Source: an uncultured delta proteobacterium (GTDB lineage: Bacteria; Desulfobacterota; Desulfobacteria; Desulfobacterales; Desulfosalsimonadaceae). Taken from it: a DNA stretch of 64,000 nucleotides. Positions 1-11,015 of the stretch are shown here, piece after piece. Within the stretch, counting starts at the first letter, position 1. Each line of letters opens with the position of its first letter. The translations under genes and the position numbers were made by a program. The stretch is taken from contig CAWGYD010000005.1 of assembly GCA_963826785.1 (NCBI GenBank), positions 335,664 through 399,663 of the forward strand, given 5' to 3'. The notes beneath the pieces are model-generated. The model had not been told where the DNA came from, did no database searches, and was given only the letters and a program-made list of their open reading frames with translations.

Positions 1-881
1 GATTTGCAGATCAGGTTTTTCTGGTATTCGACTCGGATCAGGCCGGCATCAAGGCTGCCGAGCGGAGCATGCCCATTTTCATCAATGAATCGGTCAGCGC
101 TTCGGTCATTGTCCTGCCCAAAGGCCATGATCCGGATACCTATGTGTTCGAATTCGGCGCCGAGGCTTTTAATAAACTGGCGGAGAAGGCCATGGGGATG
201 GTCGATTTCCTGATTGAATCCGCCGTCGCCGCCCATGGCCTTTCCATGGAAGGCATCGTTCGGATCATCGGCCAATTGGCCCCACAGCTTGGGCAGATCG
301 AGGACGGGGTGGCCCGATCCCTGCATATCCGGCATCTTTCCGAACGGCTGGGGGTGGATGAAGCCGCCGTTATGGAGCGGGTAAAAACAGCTGCCCGTCG
401 GTCGGCTTCCCTGTCCGGACCGAACGGACGGAAATCCGGAATCGAGGTGTCCGGAGCGTCGGCACCTGACCATCCGATCAGCCGGCTCGAGCAGCAGGTG
501 ATTTCCATGATGTTAAAGTGCAATGAAATTTTGCCGGTGATTGAAAACAGGGGAATCCTTGATTATATTGATGACAAATTGCTCCAGTCAGTCGGACGCG
601 TGATTCTTGCGCACCCGCCGTCGGAAGAGGGAAGCATTGCCGATTTGATGAATCATTTGACCGAATCCCGGCAAAGGGCTCTGATCGCTTCCCTGGTCAT
701 CGAAGATGCGAAGTGGGATACCCGGTCGTGCAATAATCTGATTGCCCAACTGATACAAAGCAAGTCAAAGCGTGAAGCGGTTTTGCTGCGCCAGATCAAG
801 GCGGCGGAAGAGCGAAATGACCACGCAACACTCTTTGAACTGCTGAAGCAGAAACAGGATCAAGTGGCGAAACGCCATTGA
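1..881 (+). CDS. dnaG: DNA primase, C-terminal part (gene starts upstream of the window)
   Basis: Frame open from base 3: FADQVFLVFDSDQAGIKAAERS (TOPRIM DxD motif), then LPKGHDPD; lies directly upstream of rpoD. Confidence 0.93.
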   Translation, partial: FADQVFLVFDSDQAGIKAAERSMPIFINESVSASVIVLPKGHDPDTYVFEFGAEAFNKLAEKAMGMVDFLIESAVAAHGLSMEGIVRIIGQLAPQLGQIEDGVARSLHIRHLSERLGVDEAAVMERVKTAARRSASLSGPNGRKSGIEVSGASAPDHPISRLEQQVISMMLKCNEILPVIENRGILDYIDDKLLQSVGRVILAHPPSEEGSIADLMNHLTESRQRALIASLVIEDAKWDTRSCNNLIAQLIQSKSKREAVLLRQIKAAEERNDHATLFELLKQKQDQVAKRH

Positions 882-920
882 TATATAAAAAGATAACCGT
901 TTGTGAGGAGGCCTTTATTT

Positions 921-2702
921 ATGGCAAAAAAATCGACCAAAACACATGATGGGTCCGAAGAAGTCAAAATTGAAAAATTTGACGAACTGGTCTCCAAGGG
1001 GAAGGAACAGGGATATCTGACGTATGATCAGATCAGTGAGGTGCTTCCCGAAGAAATGATGTCCCCTGAACAGATCGATGAAACCCTGATGTGGTTTGAC
1101 GATTTGGATATCGAGGTGGTGGAAAAACGGAAAAAAATTTCGGAATCCGAGAAAAAGGATGAAAATGAGAGCGAAAAGTTTTCCGATTCCGACGATGTGG
1201 ACTCGATCTCCACTTATGGTTCGGTAACCGACCCGGTCAAGATGTATCTCAGGGAAATGGGTCTGGTAACACTGTTGTCCCGGGAAGGGGAAATCGTCAT
1301 CGCCAAGAAAATCGAGGCCGGCGAGCAGGAAATGCTGCGGGCCATGCTGGAGACCACCATCGGGGTGAACAGCATTATCCAGCTGGGAGAGCAGATTGCC
1401 TCCGGTGTGCTTCGACCCAAGCACGTGTTGAGGGATATCGATGAGGGCGACACGATAGTGGATGAGTCGATCCAGATTGAAAGTTTTCTGGAGATGATCG
1501 ATGCCATCAAGAAGATCGATGATGAGAATCATGAACTCCGGAAAAAACTCTATGGCGACGAAATACTTGATCCGGAAGAGCGACGTCGGACCCGGCGGTC
1601 CATACGCCGCCGAAACCGAAAGATTTTCGACCACTTCAAGGAATGGCGCCTGGAAAGCGATGTGATCGATGCCATTGAAAAGGAAATCCGGGAGCAGTCC
1701 GAGTGGTTTGAAATCAAAAACAAGATGTTCTGCCGATGTGTCGCCGAATTTGATCTGCCCATCATGGAAGTGCGTGAAAAGCTGGAATCCGGTGAACAGG
1801 CCTTTGTCAGCTGGGCATGTACCTGCACGGAACGTAAAGACCGCGACCTGAATACCCTGTTTTCCGAGTTGAAAAGACTCCAGACCGAGGGGGCGGAGCG
1901 GGAGAAGGAACTCAATGCCGATTATCGCAATTTGAAGCGGATCATGGGCAGCATCGAGGAGGGACGGCTCATCGCCAAGGAAGCCAAAGGGGAACTGGTC
2001 AAGGCAAACCTGCGGCTGGTGGTCAGCATTGCCAAGAAATATACCAACCGGGGATTGCAGTTTCTCGATTTGATTCAGGAAGGCAACATCGGATTGATGA
2101 AAGCGGTGGATAAGTTTGAGTACCGCCGGGGGTATAAGTTTTCCACCTACGCCACCTGGTGGATCCGGCAGGCCATCACCCGCGCCATCGCGGACCAGGC
2201 CCGGACCATCCGCATTCCCGTGCATATGATCGAGACCATTAACAAGCTGATCCGCACCTCGCGGTACCTGGTCCAGGAACTGGGGCGGGAGCCCACCCCG
2301 GAGGAAATCGCGGGAAAAATGGAAGTTCCGCTGGACAAGGTGCGAAAGGTATTGAAAATCGCCCGTGAGCCCATCTCCCTGGAAACGCCCATCGGCGAGG
2401 AAGATGACAGCCATCTGGGAGATTTCATCGAGGATAAGACCTTCATGCTTCCCTCCGAAGCCGCCATCAACATGAACCTGGCCGAACAGACCCGCAAGGT
2501 GCTCGCCACGCTGACTCCGCGTGAAGAAAAAGTGCTGCGGATGCGGTTCGGCATCGGCGAAAAAGCGGATCATACCTTAGAAGAGGTGGGAAGCGATTTT
2601 GCGGTAACCCGTGAACGGATCCGTCAGATCGAGGCCAAAGCGCTCCGGAAATTGCGGCACCCCACCCGCAGCCGGAAATTGAAATATTTTATCGAATCCT
2701 GA
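921..2702 (+). CDS. rpoD: RNA polymerase primary sigma factor sigma-70
   Basis: Region 1.1, [48 protein letters not shown], region 4 [29 protein letters not shown] before ATG 921. Confidence 0.98.
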   Translation: MAKKSTKTHDGSEEVKIEKFDELVSKGKEQGYLTYDQISEVLPEEMMSPEQIDETLMWFDDLDIEVVEKRKKISESEKKDENESEKFSDSDDVDSISTYGSVTDPVKMYLREMGLVTLLSREGEIVIAKKIEAGEQEMLRAMLETTIGVNSIIQLGEQIASGVLRPKHVLRDIDEGDTIVDESIQIESFLEMIDAIKKIDDENHELRKKLYGDEILDPEERRRTRRSIRRRNRKIFDHFKEWRLESDVIDAIEKEIREQSEWFEIKNKMFCRCVAEFDLPIMEVREKLESGEQAFVSWACTCTERKDRDLNTLFSELKRLQTEGAEREKELNADYRNLKRIMGSIEEGRLIAKEAKGELVKANLRLVVSIAKKYTNRGLQFLDLIQEGNIGLMKAVDKFEYRRGYKFSTYATWWIRQAITRAIADQARTIRIPVHMIETINKLIRTSRYLVQELGREPTPEEIAGKMEVPLDKVRKVLKIAREPISLETPIGEEDDSHLGDFIEDKTFMLPSEAAINMNLAEQTRKVLATLTPREEKVLRMRFGIGEKADHTLEEVGSDFAVTRERIRQIEAKALRKLRHPTRSRKLKYFIES

Positions 2703-2770
2703 TATTTAAACACGGAACTTGACAACAAATCAACACAAGCGATAGAAACCAATTGCGTATGTTTTCATGG

Positions 2771-2843
2771 GGGCCCATAGCTCAGCTGGAAGAGCCACCG
2801 GCTCATAACCGGTCGGTCCCTGGTTCGAACCCAGGTGGGCCCA
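2771..2843 (+). tRNA. tRNA with CAT anticodon, probably tRNA-Ile2 (lysidine-modified); CCA end not encoded
   Basis: Acceptor stem GGGCCCA/TGGGCCC, anticodon arm CCGGCT-CAT-AACCGG, T-loop GGTTCGAACCC. The Ile2 vs Met call rests on acceptor stem type and position after rpoD. Confidence 0.92.
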
Positions 2844-2893
2844 TCAACTGTGATACTCGCACGCCTGTGAAAACAGGCGGGCTAACGGCGAAG

Positions 2894-2928
2894 AAGGCGT
2901 GGGGCGATGATTCCGCGCCTTTTTTTTT
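2894..2928 (+). terminator. Intrinsic terminator after the tRNA
   Basis: AAGGCGTGG...CCGCGCCTT stem followed by a T run. Confidence 0.65.
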
Positions 2929-2965
2929 AGCCTTTTTTTAAACAGGGATGCCATGGATATGAATC

Positions 2966-4084
2966 ATGCCGCTCGTCAATGATATCATCCGCCTGCTCGA
3001 ACAGATTGCCCCGAATCGGCTGGCGGAAGACTGGGACAACGCGGGGCTGCAGATCGGCAGTCGGCAATGGCGGGCCGACCGCATCATGATTGCCCTGGAT
3101 CCCCTCCTTTCCGTCGTCAAAGCCGCCTGTGAAAAACAAATCGACCTGCTCATCACCCACCATCCCTTAATTTTTTCTCCTCTGAAACAAATCAATTTCG
3201 ATACCCCCCAGGGAGAGATATTTTCCCTTGCCGCAAATCATCGGTTGTCTGTCATTGCCGCCCATACCAACCTGGACAGCGCCGCCGGCGGCCTGAATGA
3301 TCTTCTGGCGAGCAAACTTCACCTGCACGACATCAAAAGCCTGGTGCCGCCTTCCGGCAGCAGGGACGAATATAAACTTGCGCTTTATGTCCCGGCAGAC
3401 CATTTCAGATCCGTTCTGGACGCTTTGTTCGACACCCCCGCCGGCAAAATCGGGAATTACACCCACTGCACTTTTTCACAGGAGGGAACCGGAACATTCA
3501 AACCCGGCCCCGACGCTGTTCCCCGATTCGGCGTTTCCGGTCAGATCAACTTTGCCCAGGAGGTCAGAATCGAAGCCAACGTGGCCAAAAAGGATTTAAA
3601 CGCCACTCTTACTCGGGTGGAGCAGGCACATCCCTATGAAACCATGGCGTATGATCTTTATCCGCTGTTTTCCCGCGAAGCGGACACGGGGCTGGGCCGG
3701 GTGGGAAAGCTCGAAGCGGCCATGGATCTGTCGGCGTTTGCCGATGACATCAAGTCACGGCTCGGCCTGGGGGCTGTCCGGGTCGCCGGGGCCACCCGCA
3801 TGAGGGTGCAAAATGTCGCCGTGTGCACCGGAAGCGGCGCCGGATTGCTCAAGCCGTTTTTTGCCTCGAATGCAGACGTTTTTGTGACCGGTGATCTGCG
3901 CTACCATGATGCCCAGGATGTTTTGGCGCGCAACCGGGGCCTGGTCGACATCGGCCATTTTGCATCCGAGCATCTGATGGTGGAAATGGTCAAAAATCGG
4001 CTTGAAGATCTGGCCGTGCGGGAAGGGTATGACGTCACCATTGAGGCCTTCGACGCAGAGGCCGATCCGTTTGAGGTGCGTTAG
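2966..4084 (+). CDS. Nif3/YbgI-family dinuclear metal-centre protein (long form with inserted PII-like domain)
   Basis: AEDWDNAGLQIG, LLITHHPLIF, AHTNLD, AHPYETMAYD, FVTGDLRYH, DIGHFASE motifs. Confidence 0.93.
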   Translation: MPLVNDIIRLLEQIAPNRLAEDWDNAGLQIGSRQWRADRIMIALDPLLSVVKAACEKQIDLLITHHPLIFSPLKQINFDTPQGEIFSLAANHRLSVIAAHTNLDSAAGGLNDLLASKLHLHDIKSLVPPSGSRDEYKLALYVPADHFRSVLDALFDTPAGKIGNYTHCTFSQEGTGTFKPGPDAVPRFGVSGQINFAQEVRIEANVAKKDLNATLTRVEQAHPYETMAYDLYPLFSREADTGLGRVGKLEAAMDLSAFADDIKSRLGLGAVRVAGATRMRVQNVAVCTGSGAGLLKPFFASNADVFVTGDLRYHDAQDVLARNRGLVDIGHFASEHLMVEMVKNRLEDLAVREGYDVTIEAFDAEADPFEVR

Positions 4085-4181
4085 TGCGTACGCCGTTGCG
4101 GCTGACTTCGCCGATGGATCGGCTTCTTCCGGTGCCTCGCGAAGTCATCATTATCAATCTTTAATATTAATGGAACCGGCA

Positions 4182-4898
4182 ATGAAATGCACCAGCAGAG
4201 ATCAGATCGAATACATGATTGAACTGCAGCAGGAAGAAACTGCGGCAGCAAAAATCCGGGTACAACTGGAACAGCTTCCCAAACAGATCGAGGCTTTGGA
4301 AAACACCCTGGCAGAATTCGAACAATCGGTTTCATCCCACAAGACGATTGTCGAAGATCTGAAAAAAAACTACCGGGGACTGGAAGCTGAAATGCAAACC
4401 AATCTGGGGCGCATCAAGAAGCGTCAGGAGCAGCTCGATGCCGTGAAAACCAACAAGGAATATCAGGCGCTTTTAAAAGACATCGAAGAAATTAAAAAAA
4501 TCAATTCCCGGATGGAAGACAAAGCCATAGAATGCATGGATCAGATCGAAGCCGCCGAACGCATCGTCGGGGAAAAAGAAGAAGCCCAGGCGGCGGCCCG
4601 TGAAGATATCCAGCGGCAGCAGGAGGGCCTGGCGGCAGAAGCAGGCGAGCGGAAAAAAGAACTGGCTGAACTGGATTTAAAGCAGCAGGCCATCCGGCAG
4701 CGCATCGATCCTGATCTGATGGAGCAGTACGAATTTATCAAATCCCAGGTGGGCGGCAGGGTGATCGCCCAGGCGAAAAACTCGGTTTGCCTCGGATGCC
4801 ATATGAACATCCCTCCCCAGATGTACAATGAACTGCACCGGGAAAATGAAATAAGGATTTGCCCTCATTGTCATCGGATGCTATATGTTTTATGTTAG
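4182..4898 (+). CDS. Coiled-coil protein with C-terminal C4 zinc ribbon (CT398/HP0958-like)
   Basis: Long coiled coil with KTNKEYQAL, then CLGCHMNIPPQ...CPHCHRMLY; usual neighbour of nif3. Start 4170 or 4182. Confidence 0.88.
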   Translation: MKCTSRDQIEYMIELQQEETAAAKIRVQLEQLPKQIEALENTLAEFEQSVSSHKTIVEDLKKNYRGLEAEMQTNLGRIKKRQEQLDAVKTNKEYQALLKDIEEIKKINSRMEDKAIECMDQIEAAERIVGEKEEAQAAAREDIQRQQEGLAAEAGERKKELAELDLKQQAIRQRIDPDLMEQYEFIKSQVGGRVIAQAKNSVCLGCHMNIPPQMYNELHRENEIRICPHCHRMLYVLC

Positions 4899-4901
4899 TT
4901 C

Positions 4902-5272
<371 letters not shown>

Positions 5273-5319
5273 CATCTTATTTCCGAAAAACGGCAAGATT
5301 ACAGGCGGATTTTGATTCA

Positions 5320-6678
5320 GTGGCGGAAAACATCAATCCAGAAGATCTAAGTTCATCCGCAAAAAACGGCAAGGCCTTGGTCGAGTCCTGCGATATTTCA
5401 TTTGCCGAGAAGGCCCGGGTCCATTCCTACAATTACCTGCGATGCGCGCTCTATCTGAGCGGCTGCAAGTCTCCAGAGCATGTGTTCACCCAGAGCCTCT
5501 ACTCGAAGCTGATCACCAGTTCTCATCTGCTGGAGGATTTTCTCGATTTCCATGGCGCCAAAAACAATTCCAAATGGTACTTCTACCGTGAACTGGCGGC
5601 GGCCGTCCGGCACATGAGCCTGGGGGCCTATGCACAGAAGCATGTGGTCAACCGCCTGGTCTTCTATGACATCGAATCCAAGGAGGATTTCCGCAAGCAC
5701 GGCAACATCGCACTCGAATTCATGACCGGTTCACTGATCAAGATGGCGCCCGTGATCCTGGACGAGGCCCGCAGCCTCAATATCCCGCTGCCCAAAAAGC
5801 CGTTTCTGGCGGAGCATTTCCCCGGTATTACCACCGGCGACATGCTGGAAACCGATTTCGAGGACGAAGTCAAGGACCGGATGCGCAATCACATTGTCCG
5901 GGTGGCAAACGAGTTTCTATCCATTGCCGGGGACTTCGACACCTATGAATTTTTTGAGGTCTACGACCAGGACGGTCTGAAAGCACTGGTGCCCAGCCGG
6001 GTGAACGAGGTGGAGATCCGGCGGTTTGAAATGCTGGTGCACAATATCCAGTCCTCCTTTGACACCTATGTGGTCCATGGGGGCCAGTTTTACGGCAACA
6101 ACGTCCTGAAGCGGTTCCGCTCCTATGTATCGGTGATCTACCATCTGCTGCAGGTCATGGGCCGGCTCCTGCATTTTTACGAACGCCACCTGATCGAGAT
6201 CGGCTATAAACATTCCTACAAGAAAGCCCGGGAGCGCCTGATGGAACTGGTGGATCCGGACGCCCTGCTGGACTGTACCATCAATTTCGGGCTCTACTAC
6301 GTCAACCATTTCTTTTCGGCCGGCAAGGAAGTGGCCCGGGAAATCCTCAAAGAGAATGTGGAGCGCTCGTCCATTACCGTGGGCATCCCCAGGGACCTTG
6401 GTTTTCATTGCCGCCCCAGCCTCATGGTGGCCAAAATCGTCCAGAATTACGGTGGGGAGGTCGAAATGGTGGTCAACGGGGACCGCTATGATGCCAGCAG
6501 CGTTCTGGATATCCAGTGGGCCGGCGGGAAGATCCAGCGGGAAAATATTCAACAGGTTACCTTCGAAGGTGATATCCGCGCGTTAAACGATATCCAGACC
6601 CTGGCCGGCGTCAATTACGGGGAAGACCGCATGGGAAAGGGTATTCCGCTCCCCAAAAGCCTCCAGTACCTGAGATAG
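5320..6678 (+). CDS. Large protein with C-terminal HPr phosphocarrier domain and unknown ~345-aa N-terminal region
   Basis: C-terminal GFHCRPS (HPr His15-type motif) and DASSVLDI (Ser46-type region); GTG start. Confidence 0.8.
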   Translation: MAENINPEDLSSSAKNGKALVESCDISFAEKARVHSYNYLRCALYLSGCKSPEHVFTQSLYSKLITSSHLLEDFLDFHGAKNNSKWYFYRELAAAVRHMSLGAYAQKHVVNRLVFYDIESKEDFRKHGNIALEFMTGSLIKMAPVILDEARSLNIPLPKKPFLAEHFPGITTGDMLETDFEDEVKDRMRNHIVRVANEFLSIAGDFDTYEFFEVYDQDGLKALVPSRVNEVEIRRFEMLVHNIQSSFDTYVVHGGQFYGNNVLKRFRSYVSVIYHLLQVMGRLLHFYERHLIEIGYKHSYKKARERLMELVDPDALLDCTINFGLYYVNHFFSAGKEVAREILKENVERSSITVGIPRDLGFHCRPSLMVAKIVQNYGGEVEMVVNGDRYDASSVLDIQWAGGKIQRENIQQVTFEGDIRALNDIQTLAGVNYGEDRMGKGIPLPKSLQYLR

Positions 6679-6690
6679 AAGTTTTTGGCG

Positions 6691-7395
6691 ATGACGTCGG
6701 TTTCAGCAGTGATCGTTGCCGGTGGACAGGGTTTGCGGATGGGGTCCGGCACCCGGAAACAATACCTCTTCATCGGCGGTCGTCCCATTCTCAGTTGCAC
6801 GCTCCTTGCCATCGACGCCTGTCCGATGATCCAGTCGATTTACCTCGCCGTTCCGGAAGACGACATTGCTTTCTGCCAGGACCGGATTGTTGCCCCGCTG
6901 CCACTGAAATCGACCGTCCAGCTGGTGGCCGGCGGAAAAGAGCGGCAGAACTCCGTCTGTAATGCCCTTGAAGCGATAGACGGCAAGGCCCAGGTAGTGG
7001 TCATCCATGACGGGGTACGGCCGTTTATCCGCCAGGATCGGATCGCGGCATGCATCGAGGCGGCCATATCCGCCGGCGCCGCCAGCCTGGGGATCCCGGC
7101 ATCAGATACTTTAAAATCAGTTGACCGGGACGGAAACATCATTGAGACCATTCCCAGAGAATCTGTCTGGCTGACCCAGACGCCCCAGGCGTTTTCGTAT
7201 GAACTGATCCGATCGGCCCATGACGCGGCCCGCGCCTGCGGATTTGCCGGCACGGATGATGCCTCGCTGGTGCAGCGGCAGGGGCACAACGTCAGAATGG
7301 TTCGCGGTGCGGCCACCAATATCAAAATCACCACCCCCGAAGACATCATCCTGGCTGATGCGATTTTAAACATATGGGATAAAAAACAGATATAA
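6691..7395 (+). CDS. ispD: 2-C-methyl-D-erythritol 4-phosphate cytidylyltransferase
   Basis: AGGQGLRMGSGTRKQY, GGKERQNSV, IHDGVRPF, QTPQAF, TDDASL, NIKITTPED. Confidence 0.95.
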   Translation: MTSVSAVIVAGGQGLRMGSGTRKQYLFIGGRPILSCTLLAIDACPMIQSIYLAVPEDDIAFCQDRIVAPLPLKSTVQLVAGGKERQNSVCNALEAIDGKAQVVVIHDGVRPFIRQDRIAACIEAAISAGAASLGIPASDTLKSVDRDGNIIETIPRESVWLTQTPQAFSYELIRSAHDAARACGFAGTDDASLVQRQGHNVRMVRGAATNIKITTPEDIILADAILNIWDKKQI

Positions 7396-7492
7396 ATCAT
7401 TTTTCCTTTATCTTGCTCATGCGCCTGGTCGGGTTTTATTTGAGCACGGGCATGCCGTTGTATTCATTTTCAAATAGTGAGGGAGGTCATAA

Positions 7493-8047
7493 ATGGATGA
7501 GCTGATGACGATTATCAAGGAACGTCGCAGTATCCGCAATTACGAAGAGAAGGATGTGCCGGATGAGGCGCTGCAAGCCATTCTGGAAGCGGTCCAGTGG
7601 GCACCGTCCTGGGCCAACACCCAGTGCTGGGAGATCGTGGTGATCCGAGACCCTGCGGTCAAGGAAAAGGTGCAGGCGGCGGTCCCGGCATCCAATCCGG
7701 GCTTCAAATCAATTGTCAGAGCCCCGCTGCTGCTGGCGGTCTGCGCCCGGAAGGGGACATCCGGATTCTATAAGGATGTGGTGACCACCAAATTCGGCGA
7801 CTGGTTCATGTTCGATGCCGGTCTGGCCACCCAGAACATCTGTCTGGCCGCGCATGGGCTGGGACTCGGAACCGTCGTGATCGGCCTCTACGACCATGAC
7901 AAGGCGAGGGCCGCGCTGAATCTGCCCGAATCCGTGGAACTGGTCGCCCTGATGCCTATCGGGTATCCCTCAAAGGTTCCGTCCGCTCCCAAACGGAAAG
8001 AAATCAGCGAATTTGTCCATATCGATTCTTATGGGAACAAGCCGTAA
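7493..8047 (+). CDS. Nitroreductase-family flavoprotein
   Basis: RRSIRNY, APSWANTQCWE, LAAHGLGLGT, IGYP; GGGAGG RBS. Confidence 0.92.
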   Translation: MDELMTIIKERRSIRNYEEKDVPDEALQAILEAVQWAPSWANTQCWEIVVIRDPAVKEKVQAAVPASNPGFKSIVRAPLLLAVCARKGTSGFYKDVVTTKFGDWFMFDAGLATQNICLAAHGLGLGTVVIGLYDHDKARAALNLPESVELVALMPIGYPSKVPSAPKRKEISEFVHIDSYGNKP

Positions 8048-8058
8048 GCCACGGCATC

Positions 8059-8761
8059 ATGACGGCTTCCTTTATCAGCATTTTTTCATTATCCTTTTTG
8101 GTGGCCCTGACCGGCGCCATGTCTCCCGGCCCCCTGCTGACCTATACCATCGCCCGGTCGGCCGAAGACGGCGGCCGGGGATACCTGATGGGCTTCTGGA
8201 TCATCGCGGGACATGCGCTGGTGGAGATGGTCATTGTGCTGCTCCTGATTTCCGGGTTTTCATTCATATTCGAGAATTTGTACTTCATGCGCGCCGTGGG
8301 AGTGGTTGGCGGTGCGATTTTGATGGTTTTCGGCGGGGTGATTTTAAAGAACGTGAAAAGCGGCACCATTTCGGCGGACTTTTTGAGCGGGGCTGGAAGA
8401 CCTCGTGCGTGAAGGGATGTCTGCACCGGGGCGCAAGGTATTGAAAAACCCCGTCATCGGCGGGATGCTCGTCTCCATGGCCAATCCGTACTGGTGGATC
8501 TGGTGGGCCACCATCGGACTGGCGTTCATGCTCCAGTTTAAGATCTCATCTTCAAATATATCGGGCCTGATCGCCTTTTTTGCGGGCCACGAGGCAGGCG
8601 ACCTCGCCTGGTACCTTCTCGTATCCGTAATGGCGTTTTTCGGCCTGCGTTATCTCAGCCGCCGTGTCTATGCTTCCATACTGGTGGCGTGCGGCATTTT
8701 CATGATCGGTTTCGGGGCGTACCTGGGCGGGTCATGGATATTCAGACCGGCATTGACCTGA
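8059..8761 (+). pseudogene. LysE-family translocator split by a +1 frameshift (or sequencing error)
   Basis: N-half ALTGAMSPGPL...GHALVE (8059-8412) and C-half ANPYWWIWWATIG...GHEAGDLAWY (8405-8761) lie in different frames. Confidence 0.75.
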
Positions 8762-8773
8762 AGGACGACTCGC

Positions 8774-10642
8774 ATGGGTACAGAAGACCAGGAGACGAAG
8801 GCGTCCGGGGCCGAACTCCCCCGCCTGAAAGCCCGGGTGAAGGATCTGGAAGCCATGAAGGCAAAAGAGGCGCAAGCCCGGCAGGCGTTGTTCGAAAGCG
8901 AACAGCGGTACCGGAGCGTTTTTGAAAACACCGGCACCGCCACCATCATCATTGAACATGACATGACCATTTCCATGGGCAACGCCAAGTTCGTCGAACT
9001 CACCGGCTATTCCAAGCCGGAAATCGAGGGGAAAATGAAATGGACGGCCTTCGTTGTCCCGGACGACCGGGACCGGATGGCCGAGTATCATCGCAAGCGG
9101 CGGATTGACCGGCTTTCTGCTCCCACCGAATACGAATGCCGGGTGTTTGATCGCAAGGGTGAGATCAAGCACATGTTTGTGCGCATCGACATGATTCCGG
9201 ACACCCTGCAGAGCGTGGCTTCCTTCATGGACATCACCGCTTTCAAACAGACCGAATCGGCCCTGATCGAGAGTGAGCGCAAACTTTCCAAACTCATGGG
9301 CAATCTTCCGGGGATGGCCTATCGATGCCGGCATGATGATTTCCGCACCATGAATTACGTCAGCGCGGGCTGCAAATGGCTGACCGGATATGCCCCCTAT
9401 GATCTCATCGACAATGCCTCCAGGGCATATACGGATCTGATTCATCCGGAAGATATCGACCGGGTCCGGCAGCGGATCGGGGCCGCGCTTTCCGCAAACC
9501 GGCCTTTTCAGATGGAATACCGAATTGTATCGGCATCCGGTGAAATCAAATGGGTCTGGGAAGAAGGGCTGGGTATTTTTGCCGATGGCGGCGAGGCCAT
9601 TGAATTTGAAGGATTTATTTCCGATATCACCGGGCATAAACTGGAAGAGCAGCAGCTCCGCCGGGAAAACATCACGCTCAAGAGCAATATCAAGGAGCGG
9701 TATAAGTTCGGCGCCATCATCGGGAAAAACCGGGCCATGCAGGAAGTGTACGAGCGGATTTCAAAAGCCGCCGCCGGCCGGGCCAATGTGATCATCTACG
9801 GGGAATCCGGAACCGGCAAGGAACTGGTGGCCCGGGAAATCCACCGGATCAGCGATACGGGCGACCTCCCGTTTATTCCGGTCAACTGCAGCGCCATCCC
9901 GGAAAATTTGTTCGAAAGTGAATTTTTTGGTCACCGCAAAGGGGCTTTTACCGGGGCGGTCAATGACAAGTCGGGATATTTCGACCGCGCGGACGGCGGC
10001 ACCCTGTTTCTCGATGAACTGGGTGAAATCGGCATCAGCGTCCAGGCGAAGCTGCTCCGGGTGCTGGAGGGCGGAGGCTATACCCCGGTGGGGGGAAACG
10101 AGGTCAAAAACGTGTCGGTGCGGATTCTGGCGGCCACCAGCCGGGATTTGAAAGCAGAAGTGAAGAAGGGACGGATGCGGGAGGATTTTTTTTACCGGAT
10201 TCACATCATCCCCATCACCATGCCGCCTTTGCGGGAACGAAAAGATGACCTTCCCCTGCTGATCGAACATTTTCTGACGCTCTATTCCAAATCAGACCAC
10301 GTCCCGGATGTGGACGGCAAACTGCTGGGCCGGTTATACAATTATGACTGGCCCGGCAATGTCCGGGAACTCCAGAACGTGCTTCAGCGCTATATCACCC
10401 TCAATACGCTTGATTTTTTAAGCACCGACATATCGGGCTCGGTTCAGTCGCAGCAGGATTTTGCACCTGAACCCGAAGGGCTTCTTGAGGGGCCTCTGGA
10501 TGCCGCCATGGACCAATGTGAAAAAAGGATCATCCGGCATGCACTGGAAAAAAGCCAGTGGAAGAAAAACGATACCGCAGACCATCTGAAGATCAACCGC
10601 AAGACGCTGTTTCGCAAAATGAAAAAACACGGACTGGATTAA
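8774..10642 (+). CDS. Sigma-54-dependent transcriptional activator (2 PAS + AAA+ + Fis-type HTH)
   Basis: Two PAS/PAC segments, [42 protein letters not shown]-terminal [13 protein letters not shown]. Confidence 0.95.
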   Translation: MGTEDQETKASGAELPRLKARVKDLEAMKAKEAQARQALFESEQRYRSVFENTGTATIIIEHDMTISMGNAKFVELTGYSKPEIEGKMKWTAFVVPDDRDRMAEYHRKRRIDRLSAPTEYECRVFDRKGEIKHMFVRIDMIPDTLQSVASFMDITAFKQTESALIESERKLSKLMGNLPGMAYRCRHDDFRTMNYVSAGCKWLTGYAPYDLIDNASRAYTDLIHPEDIDRVRQRIGAALSANRPFQMEYRIVSASGEIKWVWEEGLGIFADGGEAIEFEGFISDITGHKLEEQQLRRENITLKSNIKERYKFGAIIGKNRAMQEVYERISKAAAGRANVIIYGESGTGKELVAREIHRISDTGDLPFIPVNCSAIPENLFESEFFGHRKGAFTGAVNDKSGYFDRADGGTLFLDELGEIGISVQAKLLRVLEGGGYTPVGGNEVKNVSVRILAATSRDLKAEVKKGRMREDFFYRIHIIPITMPPLRERKDDLPLLIEHFLTLYSKSDHVPDVDGKLLGRLYNYDWPGNVRELQNVLQRYITLNTLDFLSTDISGSVQSQQDFAPEPEGLLEGPLDAAMDQCEKRIIRHALEKSQWKKNDTADHLKINRKTLFRKMKKHGLD

Positions 10643-10651
10643 CCCCTTTTT

Positions 10652-10737
10652 GGGGCGTTATCGCCCCAAAGGATATTTACAACATTGATTCAATGGCTTA
10701 AGTAATATTTGTCTATTTAAAGGGGCTAAAATGCCCC
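10652..10737. promoter_or_regulatory. Two palindromic GGGGC-N6-GCCCC sites, putative enhancer (UAS) for the adjacent activator
   Basis: GGGGCGTTATCGCCCC at 10652-10667 and GGGGCTAAAATGCCCC at 10722-10737, 70 bp apart, upstream of a -24/-12 promoter. Confidence 0.6.
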
Positions 10738-10760
10738 TTGCCATGGCTCCTGCACCATTG

Positions 10761-10804
10761 CGCCGGCGGTCAGCTCTATGAGATGACCGCCGGCGTTTAT
10801 TTTA
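10761..10804 (+). terminator. Intrinsic terminator, probably for the activator gene
   Basis: 12-bp stem CGCCGGCGGTCA/TGACCGCCGGCG followed by TTTATTTTT. Confidence 0.7.
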
Positions 10805-10907
10805 TAATCCGTCGGCACTTCCACCACCGGTTTACAGGCATCCACCAAATCGTCGCGCACCTTTTCGGCTGGTCAAGATCTTGAATCATGATTACTCTTT
10901 TCAATTG

Positions 10908-10924
10908 TTGGAATGAGAATTGCA
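10908..10924 (+). promoter_or_regulatory. Sigma-54 (-24/-12) promoter
   Basis: TTGGAATGAGAATTGCA: GG at 10910-11, exactly 10 nt, GC at 10922-23, with TTGCA -12 box. Confidence 0.75.
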
Positions 10925-11015
10925 TATTTATGCCATTGAAGAGGGTAACATGTCACCCTGGACCTCGATTCGTCATTCAGGATGACTCAATGTAAAATTA
11001 AAGGAGTACTTTGAC

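Noticed and set aside
915..2573. 552-aa antisense ORF over rpoD (similar long antisense ORFs over eno, mreB, glnS, atpD, rny, tyrS)
   Set aside because: Shadow ORFs produced by biased codon usage on the sense strand; no motifs or RBS
2753..2941. ORFs overlapping RNA genes (also 4885-5103, 4890-5174, 26242-26515, 60384-60719)
   Set aside because: They overlap tRNA, RNase P RNA or 6S RNA and are spurious
8405..8415. Selenocysteine read-through of the TGA in the lysE-like gene
   Set aside because: The downstream half is in a different frame, so read-through would not join them
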